Origin: Prasinococcaceae sp. CCMP 1430
Lineage: Eukaryota; Plantae; Prasinodermophyta
Reading direction: 5' to 3'
NCBI GenBank assembly: GCA_013416795.1
Contig: RQSC01000842.1
Location: 1 to 36,726 of the forward strand
Length of the DNA stretch: 36,726 nt
Below are positions 24,750 through 35,931 of this stretch, piece by piece. The stretch's first letter is position 1, and every line of letters begins with the position of its first letter. The translations under genes and the position numbers were made by a program. The notes beneath the pieces were generated by a model that saw nothing but the letters and a program-made list of their open reading frames with translations, had not been told where the DNA came from and ran no database searches.

Positions 24750-27700
24750 ATGGCGCCAGCGGGGGGCGCTGCAACCCCCGCCGCGACCCCGAAAGCGATC
24801 GCGATCGCGACCACGCCAGCGCCCGCGACGACGCCCGCCCCCGGCCTGGTGGACGCTCGTGCGGCGCAGCCGGGGGCTCCTCGGCTCGCGATTGGGGCCG
24901 CCGTCGTGGAGCTCAAGCTGTGGCTACACCGCTTCGTCAACGTGGACCTCTTCGAGCAAGGATGGTACGCCTTCCGCATCTCGGCGAGCGCGGATGCAGC
25001 GAATCACGCCACCGGTGGCAGCGGCACTGGCGGAGCTGCCGGAAACGATGCCAGCGGCACTCCGCGTGGCGGGCTGTTGCGGAGGACACGACGAGCAAAT
25101 GGAGTGGAGGCTAGAGAGCGAGGGGGCGGCGCGGGCCCGCAACGAGCGCGCGTGCTCGTGGCGCGTGGCGTCGGCGAAGAGCATCGGCAGCAGGCGCCGC
25201 AGAGCAGCTGTGGCGTAGTAGAGTCGACGCCGCTGGCGGGGGACTCAGCGGCCGCAGGAGGGGGGGGACATGCGCGTGTGCGGCTAACGGCCAACGATGG
25301 CTCTGGCACCGTGACCTCCTCCCCCTTTCGTATCAACTACGAGCGCGAGGACGTGGAGCTCGACCACGAAGTGTGCCTCGAGCTCGCATTGCGGGCTGAC
25401 GACGTGTGCGATGGCAGCGCGTCTGCCCTGCTGCGCGTCGAGCTGTTGTGCCTACCCAGCGCACGCGAGAGGCTCGACCCTGTCGACGGTTCTCCCCGGC
25501 CCCCGCCGCCGCTGCCACCCCTGTCGGCCCTGAAAGTCGTGTCCACCGCCGAGCTGCGCCTGCGCGGGCTCTCGCACGGCCTGCTCGAGGCCACCATGGT
25601 CCTGTTTGAGAGGCTTCACGTCGCCGCCATCGAGACGACCCTGCTTGCAGGCGTCATTAGATTTGAGCAGGTGGAGACGCTGGGCGTGACGTGGGGCGCG
25701 CGACAGAGCGACGACGACAGGCACGGCGGTGGATCCTTGCGCGCGCTGTCGCCACGTGCGTGCTTCAGCCCGCGGGGGCACGGCGCGCGCGGCGCGGCGG
25801 TTGAGTGGGGCAGCGAGCCACCTGGCGAGACAGCCGCGAAGAACGAGGTCGAAGTGGGCGTACGCTCAAAGGGTAGATCGGTTGGTTTGGATCGGTCCTG
25901 TCTCGATTCGCTGTATCACCGCGGCCTATCGCTCTCCCGTTTTGCTCGCCTCCTGCGGCCGCTGCTATCCACGGACGATGTGCCGCTGTATCCACGCGGC
26001 CTCGGCGGTGACGGATCGGCCGCAAACTCGCAGCTGATGGAATTCACCGACGCGGGCCTTCGCGCCGTGGCAGCGCTCGACGATCTGGTGGATGCCGCAG
26101 AGCTGGCCCGCGCTGCCGCCGCTGCCGCGGCTGACGATCTGCGATACGGAGGCTCTGGTGATCTGGTGTGCTTGGAAACGATGTGCGCACGCGCGCGCGA
26201 GCAGCTCGATGCCGCGCGAGGGGAAGTGTGTGCCATGCAGCGAGTCCGCCCGCGCGCGATGTGGCGCGTGTTGCGCGCGCGGGCGCATCTGCGCGAGCGT
26301 GGCGCTCCCTCGGCCAGACTGAGCAGCGTGCGCTCAACCGACTTCTGGGGCGGCGGCGCGCCGCAGCAGAGGTCGCTCACGAACATTGTTGCGCAGCGCA
26401 AGAGCGTTCGCGAGGCGGCACACGCACATCCTATGGTCGCACCCATTGAGGACTGTACGGCCAGAGGTCACGTGCCCTTCCTGCTCTTGCAGCCCATAGG
26501 AGAGACGGCAGTCGATGAGAGGCTCGAATGGCTGCTCGATGGGCGGACGGCGCACCTGCGGGATGGGACGGATGGCGCGCGCGCGGGCGAGCAAGCAGGC
26601 GTCATCGAGTGCGCTGTCGCCGACGTGGAAACGCCCACGGCGCGAGCCAGCGTCAAGGACGAATCCCGCGCCGCCTCGAATGCGAATGGCGGCGGGGCCC
26701 CACCTGCTCCCCTTGTCCCCTCTGCCGCACCCGCCGCCGCCGCCTCGGCGAGCGAGGGAGAGATGGATGTCGAGTCACCGATCGATGTGCGCTTCGACGG
26801 TGACCTGTTGGTGGGGGACTCAGACACTCCCGGGGAGGGGACTGGCGATTCGGCGGGAGTGCGGCGAGAGGAAAAGGAATCTGAGGGCGTGCCAACCCCC
26901 GAGTGGGACAAGTGCCAGGAGGGCAGCGCGAGCGACAGGAGCAGCACTGGCGCGGCGGGCGCCGCGCCTTGCGTGGGCGATGGAGACGGAGGATGTGATC
27001 GCGCGAGCCACGCGGCCGATGTGGCTGCAGTGCCCTCGCCCAAGGATGGACGCTCGGAGCTCGAAGAGACCGACGAATCTATAGTTGCCTCCCACATCGA
27101 TGGCGCTCCGGCCCCCTCTAAACCTAAGGACCGCAGCTCTGCTGCATCCCCAGCTCTCTTTCGTTTGGCTTCGGATGAACCCGGAGTGTGCCACCTGGTT
27201 GTGCTCGTCCACGGCTTTCTTGGGAACTCGCTCGACCTGCGCCTGTGGCGTAACCACATCGCGCTCGTGTATCCGGGCACGGAGTTTTTGATGAGCTGTG
27301 CCAACGAGAACAAGGGGACCTTCGACGACATCGACCTACTCGCGGAGAGGCTCGCGACGGAGGTGGACGACAAAATCGCCCAATTGGCCGATTGCAATCG
27401 CGGCGTTGTCCGGCTCAGTTTCATTGGCTGCTCCATTGGCAATCTCGTCGTGCGCGCCTGCCTGGGCAAGCCTCTCATGCGGCCGATGCTCGCCCGCCTG
27501 CACACGTACGTCTCCATCTCGGGGCCACACCTGGGCTGCCTCTACATCGGCAACTCGCTCGTCGACGGTGGCATGCGAGTGCTGGGAGCAGGTGCGCGAA
27601 TGAGTGGCTTTTGATTGCTGTGGGCGTGCCGAGCTCCGCGCGATGGTGCTCTAGAGGCGCGCGCGCTTGCTGCTCGCGTGTCCATCGCTCTGACGCCGCC

Positions 27701-28254
27701 CCGCGCGACGACGATGCGTACACACCGTGCGCCGCCGCCGCCGCCCCACGCTGGCGACGGCAGTGTGTCGCTCGAAGAGTCTGCAGCAGCTGTGTTTCAA
27801 GGACGCCCGGCGCTTCTCCGACACGTACCTGTACAAGCTCGCGCATTCCCCCACCGGCCTGGGCCTCTTCACCAATGTGCTGGTAATTTCCAGCCCGCAG
27901 GATCGCTACGTGCCGTACTGCTCGGCGCGGGTTGAGCCGCTGGCGCCCTGGCGCCCAAAGGACGATCGCTGGAGAGAGCACGCACGCATGGCTAGGGCCC
28001 TTTTCAGCCCCCTACTTCGCGCGCTGGCTGGCGGGGAGGCGAGGGCTGGCAAAGAGGGTGGCGTTGGCGACGCCCCGGCTGCTGCTATGCGCGGCGTCCG
28101 AGCGCGGTGCGACGTCGCCTTCGACTGGCCGCGCGCGTCCTCGCTCAGGGATGGCATCAACAAGGCTCTCGGGCGGGCGGCGCACATTGAGCTGGTGGAT
28201 AACGAGGCGTACATCACGCTTCTGCTCACAGAATTCCCGACGCTCTTCGAGTGA
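24750..28254 (+). CDS. FAM135: FAM135 family protein (DUF676 putative serine esterase); exons 24750-27591 and 27764-28254
   Basis: N-terminal LHRFVNVDLFEQGWY. C-terminal HLVVLVHGFLGNSLDLRL, SFIGCSIGNL, SISGPHLG, KSLQQL, SPQDRYVP, LGRAAHI. Phase-1 intron 27592-27763 (G|GTGCGC...GGCAG|TG). Confidence 0.9.
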
Positions 28255-28482
28255 CGGAAGCGACCGGCACTCGCGGCACCCTGCGATGCGGCGCGCCTTC
28301 CCCGTCGGGGCGGCGCGCGCCCGGGACATGCGGGTGGCGGTTTGTGGAACACGGCCGAATCGCGCAATCTGTCCAATGCAATTCTTTCCTTTTAATAAAT
28401 GGCTGCAGAGCAGGTCACATACGGAGGGCCGTCGCACCGCATCAGTGCCCCTCGCTCTACAGTCCGCGGCGCGGTGGTCGGA

Positions 28483-29298
28483 TCAGTTGGCCGCCGCGGC
28501 GTCCTCCTCGGGCGTCCTGCACGTGAGCGCGAGAGCGTGAAGCGAGCCCTTGAACTCATCCGCAAGCAGCTCATACACCTTGCGCTGCCGCTTGACGCGG
28601 TTGAGCCCCTCGAATGCCGATGACACCACCTCCATACGGAAATGCGTCTCCTCGCCGCGGAGGCCGTTGACGCCGGCGTGCCCTGAGTGCGAAGCGCTCT
28701 CGTCGTCGAGCTCCAGACGGGAGGGTGCCAGGGCGGCGCTCACCTTGGACACAATGGCGGCGTACACAGGGCGCGCCGCGTCTGTGTCATCCGTGGCGGC
28801 GCTCGCAGCTGGCTCGGCGTCCGTGCCCGCCGCTGCGCCCGTGGCGCCTCCCGCGGCGAGCGCCGCGGTCTTGGCCTGGATGAGCGCGAGCATGTTCAGA
28901 AACCCGTTGTTGCGAGAGGGCGTGAGGCTCTGCTTGAGACCGAGCTCTTCGACGAAGTCGGGCTGGACGGCCGCAACCTCGTCGGGCGTCGCGCCGCTGA
29001 GGCCCTCCACGAGCAGCGCGGCGAGGCCTTTGGTGAGCTGGGAGTCGCTGTCGGCCTCGTAGAGCATGGTGCCCGTCGCCGCATCCAGCCGCGCCACCAC
29101 CCACACCTGGGACACGCAGCCCTTGACCTTGTTGTCGTCGGTGCGCGCGGCGTCGTCCAGAGGCGCGAGCTTGGTTGCGAAGAAGAGCAGCTGCTTGTAG
29201 CGCTGCATGGGGTCGGGCACGGCCTGGAAGGAGCCGACGATGGCGCGCAGGCGCGCGGGCAGCGCGGCCGCGTCCGCCGCGCCGCACAGGGCCGTCAA
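28483..29298 (-). CDS. SUFE1: SufE-BolA fusion (plastid SUFE1-type cysteine desulfurase activator); N-terminus unresolved
   Basis: RYKQLLFFA...VKGCVSQVW...ADSDSQLTKGL...LTPSRNNGFLNML (SufE, catalytic Cys) plus HSGHAG...ETHFRMEVVSSAFEG..RVKRQRKVYELL...LHAL (BolA). Confidence 0.95.
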   Translation of the reverse strand: MTALCGAADAAALPARLRAIVGSFQAVPDPMQRYKQLLFFATKLAPLDDAARTDDNKVKGCVSQVWVVARLDAATGTMLYEADSDSQLTKGLAALLVEGLSGATPDEVAAVQPDFVEELGLKQSLTPSRNNGFLNMLALIQAKTAALAAGGATGAAAGTDAEPAASAATDDTDAARPVYAAIVSKVSAALAPSRLELDDESASHSGHAGVNGLRGEETHFRMEVVSSAFEGLNRVKRQRKVYELLADEFKGSLHALALTCRTPEEDAAAAN

Positions 29299-29342
29299 AG
29301 AGCTGGTCCTGACACGGGCGCGACTACTCGTAGTATGCCCAC

Positions 29343-29377
29343 CGCCTGCCGCCTGCCGCCTGCCGCCTGCCGCCTGG
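29343..29377. repeat. 7-bp tandem repeat (CGCCTGC)x4 plus one near copy in the SUFE1 5' region
   Basis: Read directly. Confidence 0.9.
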
Positions 29378-29876
29378 CCCGCCCCTCCCGAAGCCCTCCG
29401 TTTGCGCCGCGCAGCCGCGCCCTATCCGCGCACTGTGGCGCGCAGGCAGCCTGCGCATGGAACACTGCATGCGGAGTCACTCGCGCATTCCGTTCTGTGC
29501 TGTGTTGTTGGATGCGCACCTGCCTCGCTGCGGCGCGATCTGCCGGTTGCGGGGTTCGATCCCGCGGTTCGGGGAGGCCCCAGCCGGGTGCGTGAGCGGT
29601 GGTGGGCATTTCGCGGGGCGCTCTCCGCGATTTGATGCAGCCGCCGGCGGCGGCCGGCGGCCGCGCGGACAGGCCGCGAAGAGGCGCGAGGGGGGGAGGG
29701 GGGAGGGGGGGGGAGGAGGAGATGCGGCGGAGGACAGAAGGGGTGTGATGGGATGGGGAGAGCCGCGAGAGTGCCACTCCTCCGGCGCGCGGTGGCTGCG
29801 GCGCGGGTGGAGCGCTCCTGTGCCGGCAGCAGAGGCGGCGGCGCGGCTGGTGCGGCGCGGATCCCGACCTGCCGCC

Positions 29877-31772
29877 ATGCCGAGCTATGACCAGTACATG
29901 TCCGTGCTCTGCCGCACGGACGAGGGCGCCAAGGTCTGCGCCATGAACGGCCTGTCGACCGACGTCAACATTCCGTACGGTGGCATCACCAAGTACTCGG
30001 CTGACGGCTCCCTGCTTGCCGCCGCGCGCGCCGAGACCGTCGCCGTGGTGAACGCGATGACCGGCGAGAGCGTGTGCGAGATCAGGTGCCACCGCGTCAG
30101 CGCGCTTGCCTTCTCGCCCAACAACACCTTCCTGCTCTGCTGGTCCAAACCCAACAAGGATGAGAAGAACCTCAACATGTTCAAGCTCGCCGACGGCAGC
30201 GAGGCCACGCCGTGCTTCAGCGTCTTCCAGAAGGTGCGTGCTGCGCGCGGGCTGTCGACGGACCACGCGTGTGGACGATGGCCGACGTGCTGACGACGGC
30301 ATGCCGTCTGCGATTGCGCGCTCACTCACGTCGCCTGCGCGTCCGTCCCTGCGCAGGGCTTTAGCCGCGACGCGTGGCCGAGCGTGCAGTGGTCCAGCGA
30401 TGAGACCACGGCGTGCCGGTGCGTGACGAACGAGGTGCACTTCTTCGACGGCACCGACTTCTCGAAGGGCATCATCGACAAGCTGCGCCTGCCGGGCGTC
30501 GACGCGGCCATCATGTCGCCCGCCGGGCCATGTGTGGCGTGCTACATCCCGGAGGCGAAGGGCGCCCCCGCGAGTATCGCGCTGTACGACACGAGCCATC
30601 TGACCGACCCGACTGGCAAGAGCACCGCGACAGCGCCGCTCGCACGGAAGTCTTTCTTCAAGTGCTCCTCGGCGCGCTTCATGTGGAACTCGACCGGTAC
30701 CGCTGTGGTGGTGCAGACCACTTCGGAGGTAGACACCGCCAACAAGTCGTACTACGGCTCGTCCAACCTCCACTTCCTCACGGCCGACGGATCGTACGAT
30801 GGCGCGGTCCCGCTGGACAAGGAGGGGCCCATCCACGACGTGCAGTGGAACCCGAACGGCCTGGAGTTTGCGGTGACGTACGGCTTCATGCCCGCGAAGA
30901 CGACCATATTCTCGTCCAGCTGCAAGGTGCTGCAGGACTTCGGCTCGGGCGCACATAACATCGTGCGCTTCAACGCCTTTGGCACGTACATGGCCGTGTG
31001 CGGCTTCGGCAACCTGCCAGGTGACGTCGACCTGTACGAGCGCAAGGCGCGCAACTGGGGCAAGATCAACACGGTGCGCGTGAGCAACGCGGTGGACCTC
31101 GAGTGGTCGCCGGACGGGCTGGCGTTCCTCACGATGACGGTGGCGCCGCGCCTGCGCGTGGACAATTGCTACAAGGTGTTCAACGCCGCTGGCTACAACG
31201 TGTCTTGCGTGAACTTCCCGGTGCTGTACGCGGCGAGCTGGCAGCCAGCACCCAAGGGAATCTACAGCGGGGAGAGGCTCACCAAGGAGGAGCTCGCAAA
31301 GGCCAAGGAGCTGGCGGCAGCGGCGCCTGCCGCGAAAAAGGTTGAAGCCTTCAAGCCCAGGCACCTCCGTGGGGTGGGCAGCGGCAATTTTTCGCTCAGC
31401 AAGGACGATGAAGACCTCAAGGGCAAGGCCAAGGCTGCCTTTGGTGCTTTCCGCTCCAAGCAGACGGTGGTGGGTGCCGAATTCGCCCAGCCGTCGGCGA
31501 GCGCGAAGAAGAACGCCGCCAAGAAGGCCGCCAAGAAGAAAAGGCAGGAGGAGGAGGCTGCCGCGGCCGCCGCGGCCGAGGCTGCGAAACTCAAGCTCTC
31601 CGAGCAGGTGGCTACCGATCCCGCGAAGAAGTTGCGCAACCTCAAAAAGAAGCTCAAGCAGATTGAGGACCTCGAGAAGAAGGTGGCGGATGGCCTCGCT
31701 CCTTCGGCTGAGCAGCAGGCCAAGCTCGCGGGCAAGGATGCGCTGCTGGGCGAGATAAAGGAGCTCGAGTGA
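29877..31772 (+). CDS. eIF2A: Eukaryotic translation initiation factor 2A (beta-propeller); exons 29877-30233 and 30357-31772
   Basis: KSYYGSSNLHFL, KEGPIHDVQWNP, YGFMPAK, GFGNLPGD, TVAPRLRVDN, and basic tail KKLRNLKKKLKQIE. Phase-0 intron 30234-30356. Confidence 0.95.
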
Positions 31773-32009
31773 ATGGGGCGCCGCCTGTGCGCATATTGAT
31801 CGATCCTGCGCCGCTCTCGGTGCGGCCACGAGCTGCGGGGTGTCGGGGGCACATTGCCCGCCGCGCATGCCCGCGCGCACGCATCTGTGACTAATAGGGA
31901 CGGAACGAGTAACGAAAATCAGAAACACATCACTGCTCAGCAATGCGGTGCGGTGCGCACGCAGGCGGCGTGGAGCACGTGGCCGCTCGACTGTTCGGCC
32001 GCTCGGCCG

Positions 32010-33200
32010 TCAGTCACAGAGCACGTGCGCCCAGGCGTCAATCACCGAGTCGCTGCCGTACCAGGCAGTAGGCGTGTTCATGGCATGAAAGACGCCGTCC
32101 AGGATCAGGGATTCACTCCCGGCATCCTCCCCCAGCAGCGCGTAGTGCGTGGGTACCACGCCGTCCCCCGCCGTGGCGCTGGTGCAAGCTACTTCCTTGT
32201 AACTCTCGCTTGCGCGCATGCGCCAGAGCAGCTGCCAGGGTAGCTCGGAAGCCCCATCGCCCGCCTCAGCCGACATCGCGCTGGCATCGACCCCTGCATC
32301 GGCCATGGCAGCGCCCAGCTTCTCCTTCTCGAGGCCGACGACCGCTCGCCCTGCAACGCAAACAACGCGGGTCTCTCCGCTGTCCAGCGGCGGTGCGCGT
32401 GCCACGCTAGTGAGCGCACCCCCTGTCATGTCGCGCCCGGGCGGCGGCGTCGGGAAGTGAGGCGTTCCCAAAGTCACCAGGTGCGAGGCGAGGTCGGGAC
32501 GGGAGGCAGCCACGCTGCGCGCCAGCCAGCCGCCGGCGCTGTGGCCCACCAGTGCGGCGCGGCGGCCGCTGCACTGCGCGGCATTGCGCAACGCGCTCTC
32601 GAGCCGCCGCAAGTACCAGCCGTACGCCACGTCTGGGGTGGCCGATGCTGCCCAGAAGTCGCGGCGAGGAAGCCCCGCAGCAAAAACACGCAGCCAATCC
32701 GCACGCGCCACGCTCGCCACCAGAACGCGGAAGCCGCGCGCCTCCAGAGCGCGCACCATGAACCTGTAGTCGCTACTCGCGTTGCCAAAGCCGGGCGCAA
32801 TCACAATTGTCGGCGCGTCGGCACCCGCACGGACTGAGCCGACCTCCCAGCTGCGTTCGATGTTGAAGACGCCGTCGAACCGTTCGCACGGCGGCGCGTG
32901 GCCGCGTGCGTCGCACAGCGCCGACACGTCGTCCGGCGACAGCGGCGGCGAGAGCGCCGGAGAGGGGGGATCGGCCTTGGCACCACGCATGCCGAACGCG
33001 CTGGACCAACTCGCCGGGTTGTGCCAGGGAAGCTCGGCCTGCGCCACCTCGCCGTTGGCCCCGCCGGCCCCACCCCCGTTGCGGCCACCGGTGCTGCAGC
33101 ACCGGCGGGGCGACCGCCGCTCCCGCGCCCTCGCGGCACGCCTCCCGCCCATGAATACGATCCCGACCCACGAGCCCGTGCATAGGAACTTGTTCTGCAT
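32010..33200 (-). CDS. Alpha/beta-hydrolase (PGAP1-like/lipase-like, probable plastid family)
   Basis: IVIAPGFGN..SDY, VARADWLR, WYLRRL, LVGHSAGGWLAR (nucleophile elbow), LVTLGTPH, GDGVVP, GVFH, WYGS. Start at ATG 33200 is tentative. Confidence 0.85.
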   Translation of the reverse strand: MQNKFLCTGSWVGIVFMGGRRAARARERRSPRRCCSTGGRNGGGAGGANGEVAQAELPWHNPASWSSAFGMRGAKADPPSPALSPPLSPDDVSALCDARGHAPPCERFDGVFNIERSWEVGSVRAGADAPTIVIAPGFGNASSDYRFMVRALEARGFRVLVASVARADWLRVFAAGLPRRDFWAASATPDVAYGWYLRRLESALRNAAQCSGRRAALVGHSAGGWLARSVAASRPDLASHLVTLGTPHFPTPPPGRDMTGGALTSVARAPPLDSGETRVVCVAGRAVVGLEKEKLGAAMADAGVDASAMSAEAGDGASELPWQLLWRMRASESYKEVACTSATAGDGVVPTHYALLGEDAGSESLILDGVFHAMNTPTAWYGSDSVIDAWAHVLCD

Positions 33201-33628
33201 CGCGCCCGCCCCGCCGTGCCGTGCCGCACGTGTGTGGCCGCCCGCCGTGCGCGCACACCCACCCGCAGACGCGGACGCCACCGCGCCACCCACCGACAGA
33301 CGGTCGCGAAACCTCGGAAGCCGTGCGATGTGAAGTGTCGATTTCCCTTGATCTTCGCACACGAATTGGCCTTCTTTCCGACCTTTCCGAAACTCTGCGG
33401 CGGCCGGCTCCTTCGCGCCTGTCGCGTCGTCGGAAATTGGCAGCCTGCGCGGGCGCGCCAGGTCGATTCGCGTGCGCCAGAGGCGGGGCAGGGTGCGGGG
33501 GGCACCCGGGGAGTCGAGATGGCGCCGATAGCGTCCATGTGCTCCATAATCTTGAGGTCCAGCAGGAGAGCCTAGCGTTCGCTGGATCGGGGGGGGGGCG
33601 GCGAGAGAGGCGTGCGCGCTGGGGCGCC

Positions 33629-35731
33629 ATGGACGCGCTCGCGGCTGGCGCGCGCGGCAGAGGCGCGCCGGCCTACGGTGGAGGCGCAGGTGGGGGCGCA
33701 AATGGGGACAGTCGGGGCAAGGGTGGGACTAGGGACGGGTCGGGTGGCGTTGCGGGTCGAGTGGAGGCGCCCATGGCCGTGACTGTGCCCGCAGGTGGCG
33801 GTGGCGTGGCGTCAAAGCGCTTGCGAGAACAGAGCGGCCAGCTCGAGTTGGCGAAAGGGCGGACAGCGGACGAGCGTGCACGTGCCGAGGCAATCGCGGA
33901 GGCGAGCTTCAGTGTGTACTACAAGCCGACGGAGCTGTATCTGGAGCTCCAGCAGAGGCTGTCATGGAAGGGGAATGGTGTGCCTGTATTCATGCGACGT
34001 AACCTGCTCTTCCGCCGCGTGGCGCCGCGTCCACCACGACCCACATCTCCTAAGGTTCGCGTGACCGTGCGCTCAACGATCAAGGCACCAGTGACACTGC
34101 TCATCATGCTCGCTCGGAAGGTGTCCGCGGGTGGGAGCACGGTGTACGACGTGGCGCAGACGCTGGCGGCCCCCGTAGGCAAAGCGCATGACGGCGGCGA
34201 CGGCGCGGCGTTCTCGGAGCCGTGCACGGTCGAAGTCGACACGCTTCGCTTGGCCAGCAAAGACGGCGCGCGACTGATAATCGCCGTGCTCCACGATCGG
34301 CCCCAGCTGTCATGGGCGCTGCCAAGGGCTGCCGCTAAAGCAGTCGAGAGGCCACTCCGCAGAGTGGACATCGGCGCGATCACCGGGGCAAAATCGATGA
34401 TGTGGTGCGACAGGCTTGACTTGGAGAAGCACATGCGGTCGGCGGGCACGGGGGACCACGCCAATGCTGGCGTGCACACGGTCAGTGGCATTTCCAAGTG
34501 GGACGCGCGCCTCAAACCGATGAGAATTATGGTGCAAAATCGCAACGGAGGCGGCGTGAGCTTGGTCTTTGCGAAGGGGGAAAACCTGCCCGGGGATGTT
34601 TCCCGCCTGCAGGCAATGCAAGTGACTGTCGAGACCGCTGACGCAAGGCTGTCAAGGGGGCAGGCGCTCCTCTCGCACTCCAGTGCACGTCACGATGAGG
34701 GCGCCGTGCTCTTCCACTACCTGTACTTTAACAACACGCGCCGCAAGGTGGAGCGCTGCACGCAGTGGAGCTGCCCATGGTGTATGCTCAAGTGCGGCAC
34801 GTACGACGGGCTGCAGTGTCACCTCTTGGCGTCGCATGACCTTTTCGGCTACGACTTCGGGCCGCGGACTTCTGACGGCAGCGATGTGAACATCAAAGTG
34901 ATTTGTCGCACAGACGCTCATGACAAGCTCGGCTCGCTGCGCATCCTCGACAGTGAGATGCTCGCGGAACCGTCGGAGCGCACATTCTGGTACCGCAGGG
35001 GGCACGGGACTAAGTCGCTTCACAAGCAGCTGGACAGTGAGCGGCGGAGCTTGCTCGTGGCGTGGCAGGAGAACGAGGTCGCAGCGATCGAGGCTGCCCG
35101 AGCGCGCGTTCAGGCTGGCGACAAGGACAAGGTCAAGGACGCCACAGACAAGGACGTCGGCGTTCGCGCGCGCAAGAAGCAGCGGGGCGAGGGCGGTGGG
35201 ACGAGCGGCGCGGGAAAGAAGCGCGACAAGGCTGCTGAGGTGAACGCCCGGCCTGGCACGGGCCGCCGCACGGGCCCGACCCCTCTCGACCAGCGGCAGT
35301 TTTACCACTCGCGCACGTGCCAGCCAATGTCTTTGGAGGAAGTCTACGGCGAGGAGGACAGCGACGACGAGATCGATATCACCGTCGCCGATGCTGAGGA
35401 CCTCGCGATGCTGGGCGAATACGCCAACCTTGACGACGCGCAGCTCGAGTTTATGCACCTGTGGAACATGTTCACGATGAGACACCAGATCTTCGCGGAC
35501 ACGTACGTGCCGAAAGCGTGCGGCATTTTCGCGGGGGAGAGTCGCGAGCAGTTGTCCAAGCCCGCGATGCGGAGGTGCTTCGTGCTTCACTTGCTCAACC
35601 TCACAGAGTTCGGCCTGCTGGACGGCCAAGCCATGACCGAGTGCCTGCGAGTCGTGGACGGCAAAGCATCGACCGCGCCAGCCGACGCAGGCGCGGTAGC
35701 CGGGTCGCCATTTGTGACGGCAGCGCAATGA
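33629..35731 (+). CDS. EMF2: Polycomb PRC2 subunit, SUZ12/EMF2-type (C2H2 zinc finger + VEFS box)
   Basis: N-terminal YYKPTELYLELQQR...FMRRNL; FHYLYFNN...WSCPWCMLKC....GLQCHLLASHDLF zinc finger; VEFS box RQFYHSRTCQPMSLEEV...EDSDDEID...FMHLWNMF...IFAD...ACGIF...GLLD. Intronless, ATG at 33629. Confidence 0.92.
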   Translation: MDALAAGARGRGAPAYGGGAGGGANGDSRGKGGTRDGSGGVAGRVEAPMAVTVPAGGGGVASKRLREQSGQLELAKGRTADERARAEAIAEASFSVYYKPTELYLELQQRLSWKGNGVPVFMRRNLLFRRVAPRPPRPTSPKVRVTVRSTIKAPVTLLIMLARKVSAGGSTVYDVAQTLAAPVGKAHDGGDGAAFSEPCTVEVDTLRLASKDGARLIIAVLHDRPQLSWALPRAAAKAVERPLRRVDIGAITGAKSMMWCDRLDLEKHMRSAGTGDHANAGVHTVSGISKWDARLKPMRIMVQNRNGGGVSLVFAKGENLPGDVSRLQAMQVTVETADARLSRGQALLSHSSARHDEGAVLFHYLYFNNTRRKVERCTQWSCPWCMLKCGTYDGLQCHLLASHDLFGYDFGPRTSDGSDVNIKVICRTDAHDKLGSLRILDSEMLAEPSERTFWYRRGHGTKSLHKQLDSERRSLLVAWQENEVAAIEAARARVQAGDKDKVKDATDKDVGVRARKKQRGEGGGTSGAGKKRDKAAEVNARPGTGRRTGPTPLDQRQFYHSRTCQPMSLEEVYGEEDSDDEIDITVADAEDLAMLGEYANLDDAQLEFMHLWNMFTMRHQIFADTYVPKACGIFAGESREQLSKPAMRRCFVLHLLNLTEFGLLDGQAMTECLRVVDGKASTAPADAGAVAGSPFVTAAQ

Positions 35732-35765
35732 TGTCGGCGCGCGAGCCGGGCGAGGGACACGGTGA

Positions 35766-35770
35766 TGTAA
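35766..35770 (+). terminator. TGTAA poly(A)-type signal downstream of EMF2
   Basis: TGTAA 35 nt after the stop, in an AT-richer patch. Confidence 0.5.
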
Positions 35771-35931
35771 GATATTATAAGCGCAGATGAAGGCGCAATG
35801 GTACAACCTGGGTGGCGCGCGCGCGGCGTGGGGGAGCGACCCTTTCCAGCCCGAGCGAGTAGACGGGGGCACGACGAAGAGCCTTCGCGTGCACATCTCC
35901 CACATACGCGCGCACGGACGCACGAGGCCGC

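Noticed and set aside
27415-27445. FAM135 nucleophile elbow GCSIG instead of GHSIG as evidence of a dead enzyme
   Set aside because: The catalytic Ser, the QD Asp and the RAAH His are all present; the change is next to the nucleophile, not at it.
7374-30356. Introner-like repeated introns
   Set aside because: The eight introns I delimited share only splice signals and a branch motif; I saw no body similarity between them.
29295-31943. 882-aa minus-strand ORF, plus similar long antisense or overlapping ORFs (213-1724, 2328-3470, 14260-15774, 26468-27517, 34652-35923)
   Set aside because: Shadow ORFs of real genes. High GC3 codon bias suppresses antisense stops, and the translations have no recognisable motifs.
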